Below are positions 29,579 to 37,149 of a stretch of 64,000 bases of DNA, piece after piece. A program made the translations under genes and the position numbers. Under the pieces are notes generated by a model that saw only the letters and a list, made by a program, of their open reading frames with translations, searched no databases and had not been told where the DNA came from. Origin of the DNA: Candidatus Aenigmatarchaeota archaeon (GTDB taxonomy: Archaea; Aenigmatarchaeota; Aenigmatarchaeia; CG10238-14; SpSt-28); the NCBI GenBank assembly GCA_032249395.1, contig JAVVFY010000003.1:32001-96000 (forward strand), in the 5' to 3' direction. Each line of letters opens with the position of its first letter. Position 1 is the first letter of the stretch.

Positions 29579-30520
29579 ATGGTATTAGAAAGTTTAGTTT
29601 CTATAAAAGAAGGAATAAGAAATCCTTGGAAAGTCTTCTACCTTTCTTCAGTAGTTTCTTTAGTTTCTTTTGTAATTTCTTTCATCATATTCAAGCAAGA
29701 TGTTGGGTTATATGCAGTAATACTAACTACATTGGGATTAACTCCATTCATGACAAAGCTAAATATTTATGAAGCAAAGAAAAGTGAAGTCAAAAGAAGT
29801 ATGGACATTGAAAATATGCTGTTTTACTACGCAAAAGATAAGGGTTCTATATTAAAATTAGCTATAATATCATTCTTACCATTTTTAATAGCAGCCTTTA
29901 TTCTAAATAATCTACAAAGCTTAATAATTTTGATATCTCTATACATTGGAATTTTCTTAATTTTTTCTCTAATTTTCTTCTCAATTTACAAAGAGATTAT
30001 AATTTCTTTTGTTGCAATTTTTGCTGGAATGGTTTTGACTTTTTCAATTCTTTACTTGCTATTGCCAGCGGAAATTGCAGAAAAAACTTTTAAAACACAA
30101 ATAGAAGAAATAAAGGCAATAAGAGGTTATTTTTCGTTTGGAGGAACCTTTCAGACAATATTCATTAACAACGTGGGTGTTTTATTTTTATCTTTTGTTT
30201 TTTCTTTCGTTTATGGATCTGGTGCAATACTAATACTTGCTTGGAATGCATCCATACTTGCGACAGCAGCAAGTATGATGACTAAAAGCTTAGGAGGAAG
30301 TTACACGCTCCCTATAGCTTTAGCATCATATTTACCGCATGGCAGTCTAGAAATTGTTGCCTATTTTCTTGCTGCTATGGCTGGAGGAATTATTTCTTAT
30401 CACTTAATGAAAGAGAAGGGAATAAAAACAGTTTTAGAAGATTGTTTATTCTTGCTTTCTCTTGGAGTTTTGTTCGTATTGTTAGGAGCTATAGTAGAAA
30501 CGGCTGCAATTTTAGGTTAG
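29579..30520 (+). CDS. Stage II sporulation protein M (DUF95)-like polytopic membrane protein
   Basis: IFINN, ILAWNAS, LPHGSLEIVAY, GAIVE motifs and multiple TM helices. Confidence 0.8.
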   Translation: MVLESLVSIKEGIRNPWKVFYLSSVVSLVSFVISFIIFKQDVGLYAVILTTLGLTPFMTKLNIYEAKKSEVKRSMDIENMLFYYAKDKGSILKLAIISFLPFLIAAFILNNLQSLIILISLYIGIFLIFSLIFFSIYKEIIISFVAIFAGMVLTFSILYLLLPAEIAEKTFKTQIEEIKAIRGYFSFGGTFQTIFINNVGVLFLSFVFSFVYGSGAILILAWNASILATAASMMTKSLGGSYTLPIALASYLPHGSLEIVAYFLAAMAGGIISYHLMKEKGIKTVLEDCLFLLSLGVLFVLLGAIVETAAILG

Positions 30521-33333
30521 ATTGAAAAATAAATAGCCGGCTTGAAAGGTTCTGCTTTTTTTGCTTTTTCTAATCCACTCCTTTCTTCAAAAGTAATTAT
30601 TATCTTTGCTCCAGCCTCTTTCTCCAAAATTTCCCTTGCCTCTTCTAAAAGCTTAACTTCTTCTTTCCTTGATAGAATTTTTAATGATTCCCTTTCTCTT
30701 TCAATCTTCTTATAGAACTTCGCAACCATTTCTTTTTCTTCTGGCCCAAAATTTTCTAGTAAGCTCTTTAATTCAACCTTTTCTCCTCTCACGATTTTTC
30801 TAACCAAATCAAATTTCCATTTGGCAGCAATTATTATATCTACTTCTTTTGGAGCTCCTCCAGCCAATTTCTTTACTTGCTTTATGTCTTCTATTAAAGA
30901 TTTTATGTATTCTTCACCTAAAATTGCTTTCTCATCAACTCTTTTAAACCTTGGTAAACCTTCTTGAAATACAAACTTCTTTCCACCGAGCATTCTCCAA
31001 AACTCCTCAGACAAATGTGGAATTAGAGGAGAAACCAATATTACAAATTTCTTTAAAACATCTTTCATTATCTTTCCGTTACCGTTTTTAATATCCCCTA
31101 CCCTTTTAAAATACCACTCTAAATCGTTTAAAAATTCGAAAAATAAAAGTTGAGTAGACGTTCTAAACTTAAGATTTTCGTAGGCGTTTATAACGTCTTT
31201 ACCTATTTTATTTATTTTGGCCAACAAAAATCTATCAACATTTCTATTTTTCTTAGATTTCATTCTTTTCAACGACTTAATGAGAGAAAATAAAAAATTC
31301 AGCCTCTCTAAAAATACCTTAACATTTTCTCCTCTCCAATCAGCGTCGCTTAATCCTTCAGCTGAAGAGATTATATTTATTCTTGTTAAATCGCTCCCGA
31401 ATTCCTCTAACAAACGAAATAGAGGAATTATGTTTCCTTTGCTTTTGCTCATTTTTTCTCCCGCAATATTAACAAAACCATTTACAGCTATTGCTTTAGG
31501 CCAATATTTTTTATTCCAAATTGCAGTATGATGAAAAAGATAAAATGTTAAATGATTCTGAACTAAATCTTTTGCGGATGACCTTAAATCTACAGGATAA
31601 AAGTATTCAAACTCTTCCCTCATCTTTTTCAAAAGACTTTCTTTAATTCCATATCTCTTAGCTATTTTATTACAATTACCTTTTCCTAAGAATATGAAAT
31701 CGAAGACTTCGTCACTCAATTTATCTGCTGGTATATTTTTCAAATGATGGAAAATTGTATAGAAAGCCATGTATATGGTTGAATCGCTTAAAGTTTCAAT
31801 AATCCATTCTTTATCCCATGGTAACTTTGTTCCTAATCCTGTTTTTCGGGCGCAAGCTTTGTTTTCTAACCAATCAACAGTATTTATAAATTGTTGTCTT
31901 ATTTCTTCTGGATAAAACTTCATCATATTTATGCATTCTTTAACTTTTTTCTTCCATTCCTCATCAGAAAATTTTAAGAACCATTGATTCTCTAGTATCT
32001 TTACGTGACATCTTGTATTACATCTACAAACCACTAAACCTGTGGTTTCCCAAATAAAATCTAAAGCATTAATCGCTTTTAATAATTCAACGGTTTTCTC
32101 TTTTGCTTCTCTAACTGGTAAGTCTTTAAATTTGTCTACAATCATCTTTCCTTTGTGAAACTCTCTCTTGTAAACTTCTTGAGTAGCCAATTCTAATTTT
32201 TCGAATTGCTCTTGATTTTCTATATTATAAGCTTTACAAGCTTCTTCGGCCGGAATACCCTTGTAATCTTCCAGTTCTATTATCTTCTTTGGTTTAATTT
32301 TCTCTATGTTTAATTCTTTTCCAATTTCACTCTTTTTCAAATCTTCTAAAGCAATAAAATCGTAAGGAGCATGAGCAGGCACAGACATAACAATCCCTGT
32401 ACCAAATTCTAAATCTATAAATTTCGCAGGCAATATTGGTACTTTCTCTCTTGTTACAGGATTTTCTGTTAGTTTACCAACCAAAGAGCTTGAGTTTATT
32501 TTTTCTAATTCTTCAACGCTTCTTAACTGATCTCTTAATTTTTCTACAGTCTTTTTGCTAACTATCCACTTTTCTCCATTTACTTTTGCTAATACATATT
32601 CTTCATTAGGTTTAATCCAAATGTTTGTAACACCGAAAATAGTTTCTGGTCTTAAAGTAGCACATGGTAAAATTTCCCCGCTATCTAGCCTGAATTTTAT
32701 TACGTAAAACTGAATCGGACTTTCCCCTTCTCCTTTCAACCTATCATGATCCCCAGTTGGGCTTTGGCAATGTGGGCACCATATTACCGGATGAGTTCCT
32801 TGAACAACATAGCCTTTCTTTCTTAAAGTATTATATTGCCATTCAATGAATTTGTTGTAATGAGGAGTAATAGCAGTTATGAATGTTCTTCTCCAATCTA
32901 TACTCATTCCGCATCTTCTCAAGTCTTCTATCCATCTATTCATCCAGTATTTAGCAACAAATTCTGGTCCTTTCTCAACAAAATTTTTTATATCTTCGTC
33001 GCTTGCCCCAAAAAGTTTAAAAGTTTCTATTTGCGTTTCGTCATTTTGTTTAATTCTCTCTATAACACCCAATATAGGCTCTCCTGTGGCATGAAAGCCT
33101 TGAGGAAAAAGAACGTTAAAGCCTTGTAGTCTTTTGAATCTTGCAAAAGAATCAGCCCTAAAAAAAGAAAATGTATGACCAATATGAGGTGCCCCATTTA
33201 CGTAGGGATATGGAAATGTTACGAAAAACTTTTTTCTTTTATTATCAACATTTGCTTCGAAAACTTTTGTTTTTTCCCATTTTTTTTGCCATTTCTCTTC
33301 TATTTTTTTGATTTCTTCAAAAGTCAAATTCAT
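30517..33333 (-). CDS. leuS: Leucyl-tRNA synthetase (archaeal type)
   Basis: FPYPYVNGAPHIGH, ATLRPET, GTGIVMSVPAHAPYD, KMSKSKGN. Confidence 0.97.
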   Translation of the reverse strand: MNLTFEEIKKIEEKWQKKWEKTKVFEANVDNKRKKFFVTFPYPYVNGAPHIGHTFSFFRADSFARFKRLQGFNVLFPQGFHATGEPILGVIERIKQNDETQIETFKLFGASDEDIKNFVEKGPEFVAKYWMNRWIEDLRRCGMSIDWRRTFITAITPHYNKFIEWQYNTLRKKGYVVQGTHPVIWCPHCQSPTGDHDRLKGEGESPIQFYVIKFRLDSGEILPCATLRPETIFGVTNIWIKPNEEYVLAKVNGEKWIVSKKTVEKLRDQLRSVEELEKINSSSLVGKLTENPVTREKVPILPAKFIDLEFGTGIVMSVPAHAPYDFIALEDLKKSEIGKELNIEKIKPKKIIELEDYKGIPAEEACKAYNIENQEQFEKLELATQEVYKREFHKGKMIVDKFKDLPVREAKEKTVELLKAINALDFIWETTGLVVCRCNTRCHVKILENQWFLKFSDEEWKKKVKECINMMKFYPEEIRQQFINTVDWLENKACARKTGLGTKLPWDKEWIIETLSDSTIYMAFYTIFHHLKNIPADKLSDEVFDFIFLGKGNCNKIAKRYGIKESLLKKMREEFEYFYPVDLRSSAKDLVQNHLTFYLFHHTAIWNKKYWPKAIAVNGFVNIAGEKMSKSKGNIIPLFRLLEEFGSDLTRINIISSAEGLSDADWRGENVKVFLERLNFLFSLIKSLKRMKSKKNRNVDRFLLAKINKIGKDVINAYENLKFRTSTQLLFFEFLNDLEWYFKRVGDIKNGNGKIMKDVLKKFVILVSPLIPHLSEEFWRMLGGKKFVFQEGLPRFKRVDEKAILGEEYIKSLIEDIKQVKKLAGGAPKEVDIIIAAKWKFDLVRKIVRGEKVELKSLLENFGPEEKEMVAKFYKKIERERESLKILSRKEEVKLLEEAREILEKEAGAKIIITFEERSGLEKAKKAEPFKPAIYFSI

Positions 33334-33465
33334 TAGATAAATTTTAATTGCAAGTTTAAAACTTTATTTCCTACTTTCTATTCGGAAATAGATCTTCAAA
33401 AATTTATTAATTTTGAAAGTAAGATTAAAAAAGATAAAACTAGAAAATATCTAAATGTTTTCTGA

Positions 33466-33487
33466 TGCCGCTCTATCCAACTTGAGC
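33466..33487 (+). other. tRNA 5' leader antisense to the D-arm of the same tRNA
   Basis: TGCCGCTCTATCCAACTTGAGC (33466-33487) pairs with GCTCAGCTTGGATAGAGCGGCA (33506-33527): 20 Watson-Crick pairs, 1 G-U and 1 mismatch. Confidence 0.85.
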
Positions 33488-33597
33488 CCCCGTAAATTGG
33501 GGAAAGCTCAGCTTGGATAGAGCGGCACCCTTCTATCGAGAAGGTTTGACAAAAGGATGAAAGGTGACGGTCGCGGGTTCAAATCCCGCCGGGGGCG
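33486..33597 (+). tRNA. tRNA-Arg(UCU) with two introns (11 nt at 8/9: 33494-33504; 26 nt at 37/38: 33536-33561)
   Basis: Acceptor GCCCCCG/CGGGGGC with discriminator G; D arm GCTC-AGCTTGGATA-GAGC with A20 (Arg identity); anticodon arm GCACC-CTTCTA|A-GGTGA; T arm GCGGG-TTCAAAT-CCCGC. Two insertions must be removed to obtain a cloverleaf. Confidence 0.8.
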
Positions 33598-33748
33598 CTC
33601 CTGGAAAACGTTCATCGCCCAACCACCTCATTTAAATAACCTTCACTCATTTTCGCCTATGAGAGTTGAAGAAGAAAAATTCAAGAAAATTGTTGAGAAA
33701 AGGCTAGAGAAAATAAACAATGATTCAAGCATAAATCAAAATATTTGG

Positions 33749-34174
33749 TTAATATTCATTATCTTTACTCATTTCTTCTAATTCTTCATCTAAAATTTTT
33801 AAAAGTTCTTGTAGGTTCATGTCTTTCCTAAGTTTACTATACTTCGATAATGATAATGCCTCTTTCATACTAATTAATGAGCTTAACTCGCGAATCTGTC
33901 TATCCAGATTGGACATTAAAATAACTTCTTTAAAACCTTCTGATAATTCTTCACTTAAAGGGAAGCGTTCTCGAAATTTCTCGTATACAAGGGGAGGAAA
34001 ATTATAATTATAATTTTCACGAAGATACTTATAAGCTCCATTCTCACTGTAGGCTATTGAGAAAACGTCCTTAAGAGTAATATAGGGTATCTTCCAATAT
34101 TCTATTAAATCTTTTATAATAGAGATTGCTCTAGTTGTATATAATTCCATAAGAAACTTTTTAAATTCGTCCAT
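33749..34174 (-). CDS. Hypothetical protein
   Basis: 141-aa ORF with ordinary composition and no recognisable motif. Confidence 0.55.
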   Translation of the reverse strand: MDEFKKFLMELYTTRAISIIKDLIEYWKIPYITLKDVFSIAYSENGAYKYLRENYNYNFPPLVYEKFRERFPLSEELSEGFKEVILMSNLDRQIRELSSLISMKEALSLSKYSKLRKDMNLQELLKILDEELEEMSKDNEY

Positions 34175-34384
34175 ATCTATTATTATTTTATTATTTTATA
34201 ATGTTATTTAAATTAGTAACACTAACATAAAGCAACACTATTCTGTCTATAAGGATAAAAGCTGGGGTCACTTTTCCAATTTCATAATACTAACTTTTAT
34301 CCTCTAAATTTTAGTATCTTTGGAATTTGTTGCAACTTAACAAAAATTCTATATTTTAAATACTTTTCCAATCCAACTGCTATT

Positions 34385-34639
34385 GTGGTAGAGAAAATAT
34401 TAATAGGAGAACTCACTCATTACTACCAAAAAATTGGAGTTGCAGTAGTTGAGTTTCAAGAAAGACTTTCCAAAGGAGATAGAATAGAAATGGAAGGGAA
34501 AAACAACAAAATTGACGCAGACAGCAACCTCAATGCAACTAAATTATGTTGATATAGATGTTGCAGAAGAGGTCAATCAATAGGACTGAAAGTAGCGGAA
34601 AGAGTGGGGGCTAAAGTTTACAAAATTGTAGAATGGTAA
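34385..34639 (+). pseudogene. Frameshifted 'translation elongation factor-like'/U32 C-terminal beta-barrel small protein
   Basis: GTG start gives VEKILIGELTHYYQKIGVAVVEFQERLSKGDRIEMEGK. After a shift it continues TQTATSMQLNYVDIDVAE, and after a second shift GQSIGLKVAERVGAKVYKIVEW*. The unshifted frame hits TGA. Confidence 0.7.
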
Positions 34640-34895
34640 AGCTAAAAAACGAATAGTAAAGTTTTTAAATACTCTATACAATAAATATAATGCAAACGGC
34701 CCCAAGAAAGTGTACATTTAATTCTAAAATTTTAAATATTGATTACTTGGGGCCATAAGGGATGATCCTAAAAAACTTCCAACGAGTGGGGACCTAAACG
34801 AAGTAGATGTTTGCGATTTATGTGGTAATGAAACAGAAGATTATTCAATCGTAGATGGGTTAGTTGTCTGTGAAAGCTGTAAAGAAAACTTCGAA

Positions 34896-35207
34896 ATGAA
34901 AGTAGAAGAAGAGTATACTTCAGATATTTGTGCTTTATGTGGGTGGCCTATAAATAAACCAATAACAAAAAAAGAGGCAGCAAAACTTATTAGTGGTATT
35001 ATTGATTGGTTAAATAACAATAAGAGTCTTACAAAAAATTTAGAGAAAAAAATAGAAAAATTTGGTAAAGGAGAATTGTACATTTGTAGATACGATTTCT
35101 TCTACCTAATTAAAGACATTATCGAATGCGAAAATGAAGAAATAGCCAAGAAGTTTGAGAACGAACTAGCTTCAAAGTACGAGTTCTACGGAGGAATAAT
35201 AAGTTAA
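34896..35207 (+). CDS. Small Cys-containing (zinc-finger-like) hypothetical protein; true 5' end uncertain
   Basis: CALCGWPI...ICRYDF. The frame is open upstream to 34743 and encodes additional CDLC and CESC motifs. Confidence 0.65.
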   Translation: MKVEEEYTSDICALCGWPINKPITKKEAAKLISGIIDWLNNNKSLTKNLEKKIEKFGKGELYICRYDFFYLIKDIIECENEEIAKKFENELASKYEFYGGIIS

Positions 35208-35240
35208 TATTTCTAACAAACTAACAAAAAATTATCTAAT

Positions 35241-35314
35241 GCCCTGGTAGCTCAGCATGGTAGAGCACCTCACTGGTAATGAGGGGGTCGCGGGTTCGAA
35301 TCCCGCCCAGGGCT
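35241..35314 (+). tRNA. tRNA-Thr(GGU)
   Basis: Acceptor GCCCTGG/CCAGGGC, anticodon arm CCTCA-CTGGTAA-TGAGG, T loop TTCGAAT. Confidence 0.95.
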
Positions 35315-35413
35315 TTTAAATATTTTTTAAGACTATAGCTATTTTGAAAAACTTAAAAGCTCGAAAGGCTTAAAAATAAATGTGTGGAAATTATATAACA
35401 TCGAGGTGTCATT

Positions 35414-35659
35414 GTGAAGAAAGAAATAGATGTTTCTAAGCATGAATTAGTACCAAAACACGAAATAGTTAGCGAAAAGGAAAAAGAAGAACTAATAAAG
35501 AAGTATGGAAGTATAAAGAATTTTCCTAGAATTTTGTCGACAGATCCTCAAGTAAAATTATTAAATGCAAAACCAGGAGATGTTATAAAAATAAGAAGGT
35601 ATAATGATGTAACGGGAGAATCAATATACTATAGAGTAGTTGTAGAGGTGAAAGAATAA
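35414..35659 (+). CDS. rpoH: RNA polymerase subunit Rpo5 (H)
   Basis: HELVPKHEI, FPRILSTDP, GDVIKIRR, YYRVV; GAGGTG SD and GTG start. Confidence 0.95.
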   Translation: MKKEIDVSKHELVPKHEIVSEKEKEELIKKYGSIKNFPRILSTDPQVKLLNAKPGDVIKIRRYNDVTGESIYYRVVVEVKE

Positions 35660-37149
35660 TGGAAAATGTTTTCACAATTCTAATGAAGTCCTATCTTAGA
35701 GAAAAAGGACTAGTAAATTTTCAAATAGAGTCCTTTAATGAGTTCGTCGAAAAAAGGCTACCAAAATTAATAAAGAGTATTGGAAAAATAAAGCCAGAAC
35801 TTCCTGAAATTGGGGAGTTAGAAATAAAGCTTGGTAAATTTGAGCTTGGGGAGCCAAGAGTTAAAGAAGCTGATGGCTCTATAAGAAAGATATATCCAAT
35901 GGAAGCGAGAATAAGGAATTTGACATATTCAGCACCAATGTACGTTGAAATGACCCAAGTATTAAATGGAATAGAAAGTAAACCAACAATGGTTGAAATA
36001 GGCGATCTACCAATAATGGTGAAATCTAAATTTTGCCCTTTATCGAGAATGAGTAGAAAAGAGCTTATAGAAATAGGAGAAGATCCTGATGATCCAGGAG
36101 GATATTTTATCATAAATGGTACGGAAAGAATTCTAATGCTTGTAGAAGAAATAGCAACTGACAGAATTATAGTAGAAAAAACTAAAGATTCTTCTGTTCC
36201 ACAAATAGCAAGAATACATTCTGAAAGGGAAGGATTTGTACAAAAACACTTAATAGAAAGAAAAAGAACTGGAGAAATTTATATAACATTTGCTAACATT
36301 CGTAGGATTCCTATAGTAATAATACTAAAGGCTTTAGGATTAGAAAAGGACAAAGAAATCTTAGAAGCCATATCTTTAGATGAAAGAATTCAAGAGTCAT
36401 TTTTAATTAACATTTTAGAATTTCCGATAAAAAATGGAGAAGAGGCTATAGATGAATTGGGTAAATACCTTAGGATTCCTCAAAAATCTATGAGAAAAAA
36501 ACAAGCAATAAGAATGATAGATAAGTATTTGCTACCTCATATTGGACAGGAGCCGGAAAATAGACTAGCCAAAGCTATGTTTATAGCCAAAGCTATAGAA
36601 AAAATTTTAAAACTTCACTTGGGCGAAATAGAAGAAGATGATGTAGATCACTATGCAAATAAGAGAATTAAAATGGCTGGAGACTTGTTGGAATTGCTCT
36701 TAAGGTCTATACTTTTGGGAAAATGGGGATTAATAGTTAGAATGAACTACAATTATCAAAAACTTGTAAAAAGAGGAAAATTGCCTCCCTTGCAAGCTGT
36801 AGTAGAAAACGCAATATTAACTAACCAAATAGTTTCAGCTATGGCCGTTGGAAGTTGGATAGGTGGAAGAACTGGGGTAACTCAGAGGCTTGAAAGAAGT
36901 AGTTGGAACAAAACTATAACTCATATGAGAAATATTGTCTCACCACTTTCTTCTACCCAAGAACATTTCGAAGCAAGAGAACTTCACCCTACTCATTTTG
37001 GTAAACTATGCGTAACTCAAACGCCAGAAGGAGCAAATATTGGTTTGAGAAAGTATCTTGCTATTAGTGCGACGATAACTCCTAAGATAGACAAAAAAGA
37101 TATAACTCCAATACTAGAGTTACTAGATTCTGTAAAGGTGAAAAAATGA
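35659..37149 (+). CDS. rpoB2: RNA polymerase subunit Rpo2N (B'')
   Basis: QIESFNEF, PMEARIRNLTYSAP, DPGGYFIINGTER, DHYANKR, RELHPTHFG, TPEGANIGL. Confidence 0.95.
   Translation: MENVFTILMKSYLREKGLVNFQIESFNEFVEKRLPKLIKSIGKIKPELPEIGELEIKLGKFELGEPRVKEADGSIRKIYPMEARIRNLTYSAPMYVEMTQVLNGIESKPTMVEIGDLPIMVKSKFCPLSRMSRKELIEIGEDPDDPGGYFIINGTERILMLVEEIATDRIIVEKTKDSSVPQIARIHSEREGFVQKHLIERKRTGEIYITFANIRRIPIVIILKALGLEKDKEILEAISLDERIQESFLINILEFPIKNGEEAIDELGKYLRIPQKSMRKKQAIRMIDKYLLPHIGQEPENRLAKAMFIAKAIEKILKLHLGEIEEDDVDHYANKRIKMAGDLLELLLRSILLGKWGLIVRMNYNYQKLVKRGKLPPLQAVVENAILTNQIVSAMAVGSWIGGRTGVTQRLERSSWNKTITHMRNIVSPLSSTQEHFEARELHPTHFGKLCVTQTPEGANIGLRKYLAISATITPKIDKKDITPILELLDSVKVKK

Noticed and set aside
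33530..33562. Alternative splice registers giving anticodon UCA (UGA-reading) or UGA (Ser)
   Set aside because: These registers give no coherent BHB with the anticodon stem. A20, G73 and the short variable loop fit Arg, and TGA is used as a normal stop in this window.
33557..33781. 74-aa ORF starting MKGDGRGFKSRRGRS
   Set aside because: Its 5' part is the tRNA-Arg intron and 3' exon read as codons.
34698..34754. Inverted repeat as an mRNA intron (BHB) restoring the zinc-finger ORF
   Set aside because: I tried several registers and found no 4-bp central helix with two 3-nt bulges. Removing the 57-nt element would not join ATG 34690 to the downstream frame.
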